Assembly (NCBI GenBank): GCA_964645495.1 | Contig: CAZYCJ010000001.1 | Coordinates: 13,369-77,368, forward strand | Length of the DNA stretch: 64,000 nucleotides | Direction of reading: 5' to 3' | Source of the DNA: an uncultured Muribaculaceae bacterium | GTDB lineage: Bacteria; Bacteroidota; Bacteroidia; Bacteroidales; UBA932 | Shown here: piece after piece, positions 28,607-39,100 of the stretch | Position numbering within the stretch: the stretch's first letter is position 1 | Layout of the letters: each line of letters begins with the position of its first letter | Notes under the pieces: model-generated | Databases searched by the model: none | Seen by the model: only the letters and a program-made list of their open reading frames with translations | What the model was told of the DNA's origin: nothing | Program-made: the position numbers and the translations under genes

Positions 28607-29092
28607 ATGAGAACATTCCTCTTGAGCATAGCGCTCTTCATTTCAGCAGTGTGTGCTGCTCAGGTACCGTCGGTCAAGGTTGAAAACTCAAAGGGAGAAG
28701 CCGTTGACACCAAGGCTCTTCTTGAAGAAGGCACTCCGATGATCATATCTTTCTGGTCGACATCGTGCAAGCCTTGCATCCGAGAACTCGATGCTGTTTA
28801 TGATGCTCTTCCTGACTGGAAGGAAGAAGCCGACTTCCGTGTTGTTGCGGTTTCTACGGATGACAGCCGTCTCCTTGCAAAGGCGAAGTCATTTGCAGAA
28901 GGCCGTGGCTGGGGCGAGGATTTCGTACTGCTGTTCGACAAGAACCAGGATTTCATGAGATCGATGAATGTATCGGTCGTTCCTCATGTGTTCGTAGTGG
29001 ACGGAAGCGGAAAGATCGTGTATTCGCACACTTCCTATGTGCCTGGCAATGAACTCGAACTTTTTGAGGCTATAAAGAAGTGTTCGAAGTAA
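28607..29092 (+). CDS. Periplasmic TlpA-like thioredoxin
   Basis: Sec signal ending AA-Q; SFWSTSCKPCIREL; VAVSTD; VVPH cis-Pro loop. Confidence 0.9.
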   Translation: MRTFLLSIALFISAVCAAQVPSVKVENSKGEAVDTKALLEEGTPMIISFWSTSCKPCIRELDAVYDALPDWKEEADFRVVAVSTDDSRLLAKAKSFAEGRGWGEDFVLLFDKNQDFMRSMNVSVVPHVFVVDGSGKIVYSHTSYVPGNELELFEAIKKCSK

Positions 29093-29112
29093 ACCCGTAA
29101 CAGACTGAATTT

Positions 29113-30696
29113 ATGAAAAGATTGTTTCTTGTCATCTTGACTGCGGTGTCTGCCGTGATGCTTTCTGCACAGGAAAAAGGCTACCTTACAGGCAGTTTCG
29201 AAACTAACAACCACTTCTATGTGGCAGACGAAGGGAACGGTCTGAAAGGTTTTGAGCCTGATGACGACCCGTTTGCTTCTAACAACTATCTCAAACTCGA
29301 CTATTATAAGGGCAAGTTTTCTGCAGGTCTTCAGCTTGAAGGCTATGCACCTGCCATCATCGGCTACCCTTCCGAACTGGATAGGTTCAAGTTGACTAAT
29401 TTTTATGCTGACTGGAAGGATGAAGACTTCCAGATAACGGCCGGAACATTCTACGAACAGTTCGGAAGCGGTCTGCTTTTCCGTACTTGGGAGGATCGTG
29501 CTCTGGGTCTCAACAATGCCCTTATGGGTGCGCGTTTTGCGTATGATTGGGATAACAAGATTGCATTCAAGGCTTTGTGGGGAATGCCGCGCTATGGAAT
29601 GGAATTCTCTGATACTCAGGTCAGAGGTGCAGACCTCAGTGTGTCGCTGGCCGACATTATCGGACTGGATGATGTGGTCCTTTCCATTGAAGGTTCCGCA
29701 CTCAACAAATATGCGAAGATCAGTATCGATGCGGAAGAAGCGGGAGCGAAGGCAAGTACTCTCGGGTGGTCGGGAAGACTCAACTTCGACTATGCCGGTT
29801 TCTTCTTTAAGGGAGAGTATGTCGATATAGGAAATCAGTTGGTGTCAGGCACTCCGAAGAGAGGAAATGCGCAACTGGCTGAGTTGGGATATAACGGCCG
29901 TGGTCTGGGTGTCACTGTGACAGGGCGACGTCTCGAGTGGATGGGACAGAGGATCCTCCCTTCTGTGGCATCACCGATCAATATGATGTCATATGTGCCT
30001 GCGATGTGTACCCAGTATACATACATGCTCACCACTCTTCATCCTTACAATCCTCAGGTTGGTGACGACACATCATTTGCATTCAACAGCGGAGAAATAG
30101 GTGGACAGGTTGATGCATTCTACAATTTCCGTCGTGGAACTGTCCTTGGAGGAAAAAGAGGAATGAAGATTCATGCCAACTTCTCTACATATCGTACGCT
30201 TGCACAGGAAGGCTCATTCAAACCGGGCAACCTTTTGTTCAGCGATTTCAGTTTTGATGTGGAGAAGCAGTGGACAAAGGAGTTCAAGATGCTGCTTATG
30301 TATTCGCTGCAGGAGTACAATCCTTCGTATGGTGCCAACAAGACCACATGGCTCTCCAATATCTTTGTAGCGGACCTTCTCTACAAATGGACTCCGACGT
30401 TCTCTACCCGTATGGAACTTCAGTATCTGACCACTCATGAAGACCAGAAGGACTGGATGGCAGCCCTCCTAGAGGTCAATTTTGCACCTCATTGGAGCAT
30501 TTGGGGTAGCGACATGTACAACCATGGTTCGTCAAAGATGCATTACTATAATGTCGGTGTAAGTTACACCAAGGGACGCACCAGGGTGGCGGCAGGATAC
30601 GGCCGTTATAAGGATGGTATGGTATGTTCCGGCGGTGTGTGTCGCTTGATTCCAAACTATACGGGAGCAAACTTCAGCGTGACCACATCATTCTAA
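29113..30696 (+). CDS. Outer-membrane beta-barrel protein (DUF6029-like)
   Basis: Signal peptide; GTFYEQFGSGLLFRTWEDRALGLNNAL; C-terminal CSGGVCR and terminal Phe. Confidence 0.8.
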   Translation: MKRLFLVILTAVSAVMLSAQEKGYLTGSFETNNHFYVADEGNGLKGFEPDDDPFASNNYLKLDYYKGKFSAGLQLEGYAPAIIGYPSELDRFKLTNFYADWKDEDFQITAGTFYEQFGSGLLFRTWEDRALGLNNALMGARFAYDWDNKIAFKALWGMPRYGMEFSDTQVRGADLSVSLADIIGLDDVVLSIEGSALNKYAKISIDAEEAGAKASTLGWSGRLNFDYAGFFFKGEYVDIGNQLVSGTPKRGNAQLAELGYNGRGLGVTVTGRRLEWMGQRILPSVASPINMMSYVPAMCTQYTYMLTTLHPYNPQVGDDTSFAFNSGEIGGQVDAFYNFRRGTVLGGKRGMKIHANFSTYRTLAQEGSFKPGNLLFSDFSFDVEKQWTKEFKMLLMYSLQEYNPSYGANKTTWLSNIFVADLLYKWTPTFSTRMELQYLTTHEDQKDWMAALLEVNFAPHWSIWGSDMYNHGSSKMHYYNVGVSYTKGRTRVAAGYGRYKDGMVCSGGVCRLIPNYTGANFSVTTSF

Positions 30697-30700
30697 CCCC

Positions 30701-30728
30701 TGTCATTTCGAGCGAAGTCGAGAAATCC
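30701..30728 (+). repeat. GTCAT-family palindromic repeat (short type) abutting the Omp28 start codon
   Basis: TGTCATTTCGAGCGAAGTCGAGAAATCC followed directly by ATG. Confidence 0.88.
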
Positions 30729-31880
30729 ATGAAAAGAATAATCCACATAACATTCTCTCTTCTGGCTATTGCCGCATGTTCTGGAACAATTGACCCTGAA
30801 CAGAACGGAAACGGAGGCAATGAAAATACAGAGGTGCAGATTCCTGATGAATTCACTGCGCCATTCACCCTTTCTGCGGACAAGACCGAAGTCGAGGCAG
30901 ACGGAGCGGATGCTGTTACTTTCTCTCTCAAGGACAAGTACGGCCGCGAGATGCTTGATGACAAGAATACTCTCAAGGACATCAACATCACATCTGACAA
31001 GGTGGTGAGGGTGCCGAGGCTTACCAGGACTGCAACATTTATCGGTAACGGCGTTTATACATTTACTGCGAGATATAATGGCGTAAACAGCGAAAACTCT
31101 GTTGAAATCAATGCAGTCAACAGGGCTGCATATGAAGTCTTCCACAGGAATGTAGGCCTCTTCAAGGCTACCAGCGTGTGGTGTGTGGCATGTCCTGCTC
31201 TGGCAAACAGTCTCCATGGCCTGTCTGATGATACGAAAGACCATTCTGTAGTGCTTGCATTTCACGGAGATTTCGGCTCTACCGATCCGTTCTCCTTGTA
31301 TGTTGGAAATGTCGACGTAGGCTCATATCTGATATCACGTTTCGGAGGCAGCGGCTGGCCGACTCTTGTGTATGACCTGAGTCATGCTGAGACTGGTTCC
31401 AAGGTTACCTCCGTGCTTGAAGACAATATATACAGGCGTCGTCTGGAGCATCCTGCCACTTGCGGCATAAAGATCTCTTCTGTGGCTGTTGACGGTACGG
31501 CACTCAAGGTTAAGGCGGCATTGAAGACCAGCGCCGGAGGTGACTATGACCTCGCATGTGCGGTGCTCATTGACGATCTGGGACCTGTTGAAGGCGGTTA
31601 TTCTGTTGACGGAGACGGTATGTATGATGAGGTGGTGCTGAATCTGTCGCCGAACTTCATAGGATATGTTTCTGCGGAAGCGAAGACTCTGGAGAAGGAT
31701 GGAGAGACGGAGAGGGAGTTCTCTTTCGACTTTGGTGAGGGCAATGTGCCGTCTGAGGATGTCCTGAATAGATATTATGTCGCAGTCTGGGCTCATAAGA
31801 AGGTGGACGGTGAGTCTGTGATGGATAATATTGTCAAATGTTCATACGGCAAGGCTGTTGATTACAGATATAACGAATAA
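30729..31880 (+). CDS. Omp28-related CxxC lipoprotein
   Basis: Lipobox IAA-C; ADKTEVEADG Ig-like domain; ATSVWCVACP, AFH, GWP. Confidence 0.82.
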   Translation: MKRIIHITFSLLAIAACSGTIDPEQNGNGGNENTEVQIPDEFTAPFTLSADKTEVEADGADAVTFSLKDKYGREMLDDKNTLKDINITSDKVVRVPRLTRTATFIGNGVYTFTARYNGVNSENSVEINAVNRAAYEVFHRNVGLFKATSVWCVACPALANSLHGLSDDTKDHSVVLAFHGDFGSTDPFSLYVGNVDVGSYLISRFGGSGWPTLVYDLSHAETGSKVTSVLEDNIYRRRLEHPATCGIKISSVAVDGTALKVKAALKTSAGGDYDLACAVLIDDLGPVEGGYSVDGDGMYDEVVLNLSPNFIGYVSAEAKTLEKDGETEREFSFDFGEGNVPSEDVLNRYYVAVWAHKKVDGESVMDNIVKCSYGKAVDYRYNE

Positions 31881-31882
31881 TC

Positions 31883-33775
31883 ATGTTGAAGATATTCAGA
31901 TACATGCTTGCTGCTGTCGCGGCCTTTGGATTTTATTCCTGTACAGGGACTGTGGATCCGGAAGCCGACGGGGGCGATGATACTGATGTCAATGAGGTAC
32001 CGGATGGGATTCTCAGGATTTTTGCTGACAAGACTGAGATCTCTGCTGACGGGAATGACGAAGTGACTTTCATAGTGATGTTTGGTAAGGAGGATGTCAG
32101 TACAGCAAAGACGCTTCAGCTGATAAGGAAGTTCAATGGGGAGGAGAAGTTTATGTCCTATGGGGCTAACAAGTTTTCCACTGTGACGGCCGGTACCTAC
32201 GAGTTCACTGCCAGATATTATTATGCCGGGAATAACTATACGGACAATTCTGTCACTGTGGTCGCTTCCTCATTCTTCTCGGGGGAGGAAAAGGATTATG
32301 CTCAGAGGGTGCTCGGCGTCTATTTCACTTCGACGGGATGCACAAGTTGTCCGTCGGCCTCAAAGGGTATAAAGAAAGTCCAGGATGCAAATCCCGGCAT
32401 GGTATCCGTTGTTGCCTTCCATTCGGATATGGGCGGTATTGCGGATCCGATGACAGTTCCCGAGACTGCGGATTTCAGCAGCACTTTGGGAGGTGTGGAC
32501 GGACTTCCTCGTTTGTTCTGGAACATGCGCAGAGGTGATAAGAAACTCATCGGGCCCGAGTTTGATGAAAGTTTTTCCGAAGAGTGTCAGGCATACAAGC
32601 CGAATTGTGGTGTTGCTATAGATACAGAATATTCACAGGGGGAGTTGAAGATTGATGTCGGCATCACTTCAAATGTCCCTGCCGTTTACAGATACATTGT
32701 GTTTCTTGTGGAGGACGGCATAGTGGCGGATCAGTCCGGTGATAAGGACTATGTCCATAATAATGTCGTACGCGATGTCCTTACGAGTGCTTCTGGAGAC
32801 AAACTCAATGATAACCTTCCTCTTACGGTTGGTGTCGAGGCCAAGGCTTCGAAGACTGTGACTCTTTCCGATGAATGGGATGTGGAAAGCATGAGGGTGA
32901 TTGTTGCCGCAATGGTATCGGAAGACGGTGGTTACACATGGACAGCAAACAATGTGAATGAATGCAGGGTGGGAGAAAGTGCGCAGTACGTACTGGCCGG
33001 TGCCGGCAGCGGTGGTTCGGGCGAAGAGGCATTCAACCGTCACGTTCTTCTGGCTGAATTTACAGGAGCGTGGTGCATAAACTGTCCTGAGGGATATGAC
33101 AATATGAAAGGAATCCTTGCCCTCCCTCAACTTTCGAAGTATAAGGACTATATCCATATGTGTGCTTTCCATTCTGACAGGGAAGGTACGGATGCCCTTG
33201 CGATAGAAGAGACTCAGGATCTTATCAGTCTGTTTGACGGCTTGGCATATCCTGCATTCACTACGGATTTCAGGGAATCTGGAATCCTGACTGACACAGG
33301 AGCGTCGTCGCTTCGCCCGAGCATAGAGTCCGCGTTTACGGAACATCTTCCAAGTTGCGGAGTGGCTGTTTCTTCTGAGATGGATTCAGACGGGACGAGT
33401 GCTGGGGTGACGGTAAAGGTGACGTCTCTGGAGTCGTCTGTATACAGGGTACTTGTGCTAGTAGTGGAAGATAAGGTCACAGGATGGCAGAAGACCACCA
33501 TGTATCCTGACGGAATCGATGATTATCTTCACAGGCATGTGGTCCGAAAGGTGGTGACCTCTTATGTGAAGACCTTTACCGGAGAGAAACTGACCGATGA
33601 CGGAGTCATAGGTGCCGATGAGGAAGCCGAAGGTACATGGACGGTGGATGTAGAAGGTGCGTGGAATCTGGATAACACTGAGATATATGCCATAGCACTT
33701 GATGCTGACGGTTTTGTTGACAATATGAATGTCTGCCCGATAGATGGCGGAGATTCAGGTTATGATGTAAAATAG
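31883..33775 (+). CDS. Omp28-related lipoprotein with two CxxC/Omp28 modules
   Basis: Lipobox FYS-C; FTSTGCTSCP...HNNVVR and EFTGAWCINCP...HRHVVR joined by an AGAGSGGSG linker. Confidence 0.86.
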   Translation: MLKIFRYMLAAVAAFGFYSCTGTVDPEADGGDDTDVNEVPDGILRIFADKTEISADGNDEVTFIVMFGKEDVSTAKTLQLIRKFNGEEKFMSYGANKFSTVTAGTYEFTARYYYAGNNYTDNSVTVVASSFFSGEEKDYAQRVLGVYFTSTGCTSCPSASKGIKKVQDANPGMVSVVAFHSDMGGIADPMTVPETADFSSTLGGVDGLPRLFWNMRRGDKKLIGPEFDESFSEECQAYKPNCGVAIDTEYSQGELKIDVGITSNVPAVYRYIVFLVEDGIVADQSGDKDYVHNNVVRDVLTSASGDKLNDNLPLTVGVEAKASKTVTLSDEWDVESMRVIVAAMVSEDGGYTWTANNVNECRVGESAQYVLAGAGSGGSGEEAFNRHVLLAEFTGAWCINCPEGYDNMKGILALPQLSKYKDYIHMCAFHSDREGTDALAIEETQDLISLFDGLAYPAFTTDFRESGILTDTGASSLRPSIESAFTEHLPSCGVAVSSEMDSDGTSAGVTVKVTSLESSVYRVLVLVVEDKVTGWQKTTMYPDGIDDYLHRHVVRKVVTSYVKTFTGEKLTDDGVIGADEEAEGTWTVDVEGAWNLDNTEIYAIALDADGFVDNMNVCPIDGGDSGYDVK

Positions 33776-33791
33776 AAAATGATGCTATGCT

Positions 33792-36065
33792 ATGAAAAGA
33801 AACTTTAATTTATTGCTGATGGCTCTTGCTTTTTTGGGGGTATTCGCTTCCTGTGCGGACAAGCCTCTTGAAGATGAGGGCAAGACTGATGATACTGAGC
33901 AGACACCGGGTGAGGAAGGTGGAAAGGAAGAAATTGGTGGAACAGAGGATCAGCCTGCATTCACATTCCCGTATTTCGACGCATATCCTCTCGAACCTGG
34001 CAATCTTTATGCTGAAGGCTCGGATGTGGGAGTGACCATCGAAGTTAAAAGGGTCGAGGACCAGAATTTCGTGTTCGAACTTCGTCCGGGTGCGATGGTA
34101 CAGTCGTTCAAGTTTGATGTCTATCCTCTTGCTCAGTTGTACAACAACCTTCTGAATGACAGGAATTCCGGTGTGCTTGCCGGCGTTGATGCCATCGATA
34201 TGGAAGAGCATATCCGAACCTACCTTTTCAATGCGGAAGGCAGTGGCGGATACGAGATCTCCATTGAGGACTTCGATAATCCTGAGGATTTCCTTCAGAT
34301 CGAATATGACTGGATGAGCACATCATATGCTGCGGCATCGGCCATTGCAATTCCGGACTGTGACTACATCATTGCTGTGGTCGGCGGCACTGACACTACA
34401 GTCAATACAACCAATCAGGAAGAGATCACTCTCTGCTATGTACATACCACAAGTCAGGCTCTCATAGGAGACCCGCAGGTCGAGATAGAGGTGAATACGG
34501 GCTATCGTGCATTCGGTGTGCAGCACTATCCGAATGCGGATGCTGCCGGAATCTATTTTTTCGGAGGTCTCACTGCGGAAATCGATGAATATATAGATGC
34601 ATTCGGAGACACGATGTTCCGTGACTTCATGCGTACAAGGGTCACAGAACCGTCGGTATATGATCCGAATGTGGAAGGCTCATGTTACTATTCATGGGAT
34701 TACGGGCAGGCTGCCGATCATGACATCCTGAGTACGACTTGTGCTGTGGCTGTCGACGCAAACCTCACTCCACAGGAGGGATATAGCAGAAGCGATTTCC
34801 AACTTGAGGAGATTCCTGAGGAGCAGGAGATTGTGGTTCCTGTAATTGATATTCTTGAGGATAGGGTTGCATCGGTATATTTTGAATTCATGGTGGAAAT
34901 GCCGAAGGATTGCAACACAATCTTCTATCGTGTCTACACACCGGAACAGAAAGCGGCTCTTGAGAGCGAATCGGAAACGACAAGGAAACTTGAGGCCATC
35001 GATCTTGTTCAGAACGGATACGGCTGTCACAATCCTAATTTCCTTTGGGACAAGGATGCCGGGAAGGGTTCCGAGGCTGTCGGTTCTTCAGGTAAGGTCA
35101 GACTGGATTACTATGCCGGTCTGGAGCCTGGTGCTACATACTATATCGGTTACACAGGTCGAAACGGTTATGGTACTCCGGGGCCGCTTACATTCTCGGA
35201 GCCTGTTGTCATGGATGCGAGGAATGTGACATCTCCTGATCAGTGCAAGGTGAAGGATCTTAAACTTTGGCTTGACAATCCGGGCCGTACGCAGTTCCGG
35301 ATGAACATCACCTATGACCCTTCTACCGTATCCATGGTGTATGTGCAGTATATGACCAGGGATATGAATCCTGGGCTTTGGACAGATAGTTCATGGGCAG
35401 AATGGGTGGAGTATATCTTCTCACCTTCTGAGACAGGTTCAGGATCGATGGAGTATTCCAATATAAATGTCAATGCCTGGCCGACCGTTTCAAGCGGAAG
35501 CGATCCTTTCACCTGGACAGGAATGACTCCGGATACGGAGTATACTGTCTTCCTTTGTGCGGAGGACTTTGACGGCAACATCAGCCCTATGCTCTTTGAC
35601 AGCATCGTGACAAGTGAGGTGCAGGTGGGTCCGGACCCTACCATGAACCTTTCGCTTGTACCTTATGAAAGAGGTGACTCATATGACTGGACTGTCAGAT
35701 ATGAGATAGATCATGATGTAGAGTACTTCCTCTATTGCTATACTCAGGGAACTGCTGATCTTGCCCCTCATATATCGGGTCTCAATCAGGGACATCTTAA
35801 CAATATCGCTGAGTCGGGAATCAGTTATGAGAAATGGCGTGACGGTATCTACAACTGGGTTGCAGGTGGTTTCGAGAACAATGGAGGCGGTATGCGCGCT
35901 GACAGCGACACATCTCAGGACTGGAAGGGTGATGACGTGGTCATTGCCGCATGTATAGCAGTCGGAAAGGATGCTGAAGGCGAACCTGTCTACAAGATGT
36001 ACCATCTCATCTGCAAGGATGGCAAGGCACAGACTCTGGAGGAAATCTTCGGAATAACAGAATAA
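33792..36065 (+). CDS. Acidic surface lipoprotein with FN3-like repeats
   Basis: Lipobox FAS-C; GLEPGATYYIGYTGRNGYG, GMTPDTEYTVFLCAEDFDG. Confidence 0.78.
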   Translation: MKRNFNLLLMALAFLGVFASCADKPLEDEGKTDDTEQTPGEEGGKEEIGGTEDQPAFTFPYFDAYPLEPGNLYAEGSDVGVTIEVKRVEDQNFVFELRPGAMVQSFKFDVYPLAQLYNNLLNDRNSGVLAGVDAIDMEEHIRTYLFNAEGSGGYEISIEDFDNPEDFLQIEYDWMSTSYAAASAIAIPDCDYIIAVVGGTDTTVNTTNQEEITLCYVHTTSQALIGDPQVEIEVNTGYRAFGVQHYPNADAAGIYFFGGLTAEIDEYIDAFGDTMFRDFMRTRVTEPSVYDPNVEGSCYYSWDYGQAADHDILSTTCAVAVDANLTPQEGYSRSDFQLEEIPEEQEIVVPVIDILEDRVASVYFEFMVEMPKDCNTIFYRVYTPEQKAALESESETTRKLEAIDLVQNGYGCHNPNFLWDKDAGKGSEAVGSSGKVRLDYYAGLEPGATYYIGYTGRNGYGTPGPLTFSEPVVMDARNVTSPDQCKVKDLKLWLDNPGRTQFRMNITYDPSTVSMVYVQYMTRDMNPGLWTDSSWAEWVEYIFSPSETGSGSMEYSNINVNAWPTVSSGSDPFTWTGMTPDTEYTVFLCAEDFDGNISPMLFDSIVTSEVQVGPDPTMNLSLVPYERGDSYDWTVRYEIDHDVEYFLYCYTQGTADLAPHISGLNQGHLNNIAESGISYEKWRDGIYNWVAGGFENNGGGMRADSDTSQDWKGDDVVIAACIAVGKDAEGEPVYKMYHLICKDGKAQTLEEIFGITE

Positions 36066-36112
36066 ACACAATGTTTATATATTACTTTTTTATTAACTAA
36101 TCCCTATTTATT

Positions 36113-39100
36113 ATGAAAAGACAGATTATGAAAAGCATTTATGCTTTCTGCACAGGTGTCATGACACTTGTCGCTGCGTCTTCTCTCGTAGTTTCATGCT
36201 ACGATGATGCTGCACTTTGGGAAGAGGTTGAGAATCTTGACGATCGTCTTACTGAGGTCGAAAAGATCAAGGATCAGCTTGCTGCACTCACAGCGCGTGT
36301 TGATGCCCTTTACACTCTCGAGTTCCAGGTGTCAGATTCGAACGAACTTCAGTATTCATTCGACGGAGGCAAGACATGGGTGAGCACAGGTGTTGTCCTT
36401 GAGGAGTGCACTTGCGAGATTCCTGATCCATGTACCTGCAAGGAGGTTTCTCTCGTTGATAACGGTGACAGCGTGACTATCACTGTAGGTGATCAGTCGT
36501 TCACTATTGAGAAACCTGAGGAAATCGTGTTCGAGATCCGCGCAGGTAAGGTTTACTTTGCTTCGGAGGCTACTCAGAAGGTGACAATCAAGTCTTCTGG
36601 CATCGAAGATATCACAGTGATGTCATATCCTAAGGGCTGGTATGCAGAGATCGCTTCTGACGGAATGCTCGAAGTGACTGCTCCTAACTATGAGGATACA
36701 GAATATACTTATGATGAGGATTGGAATATGATTCCTGCAAAGTGTGCAGCTTCAGGTTACGTGAAAGTTCACGCTTGCAGCGCAGAGGGCAAGTGCATGG
36801 TAGGTAAGCTTTCTGTGACAGTGACCAACCGTCCTGTTGAGGTTAAGGCTTACGCTGGAAAGGCTTACTTTACAGCAACAAGCAACAATAGCTATGCTCC
36901 TGAGTTCTACTATGGCATGTCTCCAAGAGATTCATTCGAGGCTGAGGTCGCTGGTCTTCTTTCAGACCTCAATTCAAAGGGCTGGTCAGACTATGCAACG
37001 AACGATAGTAAGTTTGAAGTCGTTGCAGACGTTGCCGAGCTTCTTGGTGCTGAGCCTGAGGCAGGTGTAGAGTATGTGGCTTGGGCTCTCGTTTCTGACT
37101 GGAGCATCGAGACCTATACAATGGACAGCTTCGTGGTTGCATACTATTCTGTCATCAATGTTACTGCGGTAGAGGATGAGTCACAGAAGACAGCATACAA
37201 TGTAACTGCAACAGTGACTGTAGATGGTACTGATAAGTATCTTGCTTGCGCACTCCCGGCTAACTACCTTAATTACGAAGGAGCTCTCGAGGACTACAAG
37301 ATGAATATATTGATGTCACTTGATCCTGATTCTTGGTCTGGCCCGATGGGTAAGTACTACACTGAGTCATATACAGGTTCAGTCCTTGATATCGCTGAGG
37401 GAACAACTGCGTCTATGTCAGGCAACTACGCTCCAAATCTCGATATCTACCTCCTCATTATCCCTATGGATGGACGTTCGTGGGACGAGTACACTGTAGA
37501 GGATATTTATGAGTTCAAGTTCACTACCGCACCTCTTACTGCAGGCGGTTCGGTTAATGCAACTGCTGAGCAGGTATCCACTTATATGGCTCAGGTGTAT
37601 GATTATGAGATCTGGGACTATGTAATGGTAGAGAAGCAGGTTGACAAGTGTTCTCAGGTTGCTGTCAAGATCGAGCCTTCTGCTACTAACTGGGTAGCTT
37701 TCTACTATCTGTGGCTTGACGATGAAGAGTGGAACCTCTATGGTGGCGATGACGAGCTCCTCGTTAACCGTCTCCTCCAGGAGTGGGGTATGACTCCAAG
37801 CGATGTCGACTTCCCTTACTATGACTGCCTCGACACAGATCCTGCTACAACCCAGCACTTCGTTGCTTTCTTCGTTGACGATTCAGGAAAGTATGGTCAG
37901 CTCGCGAAGATTTCAGCTACAACTGAGGAACTCGTCTACAGCGAGATCTTGTTCACTGAACCTTACGAGACCAACCTTACTGACGGCGTTCTCAAGAACA
38001 CCACTGAGTTCATGTTCAAGCCTGTTGTAGAAGGTGGTACTGCCGCTTCATACAAGTATATATGGTGGGAGACTTATTACTACAATCCATACGAGGAACA
38101 GGACGATGCCGCTATGGCTCTGACTATCCATTTCGACCGCGATAAGAGAGCAAAGGTGGTTTCTGCTGATGAACTTGTTGACGGTTATATGTATGTTCCT
38201 AACTGCGAGTATGGCAACTCATACATGGTTGCTGTCCTTCCTTACGATGAGAACGGTGCTCCAGGTAAATCTGCAGCGATCTTCAACTTCCAGAGTGTAT
38301 TCTCAATCGACGGCGTGATTACTGAGGGTGCAGCATTTGAGGCTACCAAGCCGACCATCACTCTTGTTCTCCCTGAGGATTCAGAGTTCTATCCTGACTA
38401 CGGTTATGGTGACGGCGCTTACTATGGATATGCATACCAGTCATACTATGACAAGTATCAGTTCTATTATGAGGTTGCCTACACAATAGTTCCTGCAGAA
38501 GCAACTGAGGTATGCGTAGCTTATGTAGACGGCCTTTCATATGATATGACTGAGCCGGCTGCCGCAAAGGCTGCGAAGCTTTGGTGCCTTGGTTATGGAT
38601 CATGGAGAACTATGACTACTACAGAGCCTTATGAATCAGGTTTCTTCTACTCAAACAACTACCACGATCAGGCTGCTCCAAATCTGTATGTTGCAGCCAG
38701 CTGGAAGGATGCTGAGGGTAACTACTACTACACTGAAGTTCCTTTCCAGGACAAGATGCAGTACTATCATGACAAGATGTACGCAATGATCTATGGCGAG
38801 CAGTCAGAGGTTGAGCTTACTGTCGAGGGTAAGCAGTGGCTCTTTGATTGGGAGGCTATGGGTGTTTCTGCAATGCTCGACTTTGGCGTTTCAGCTGAGG
38901 CATACTTCTATCTTGCATATGATGCGACTGATTTTGGCATGGAGGGTTATCTTGAGTACGTCGGCTCAGAGTATTCTGTGGCAGCAACTGACGCTACATC
39001 TGGTGTAATCACCCTTGTAACATACAACATGTATGGTGAGGAGCAGACAATGGAGATCACATATACTGACCTTACTGAGACTACTTGTCATTTCACTTGC

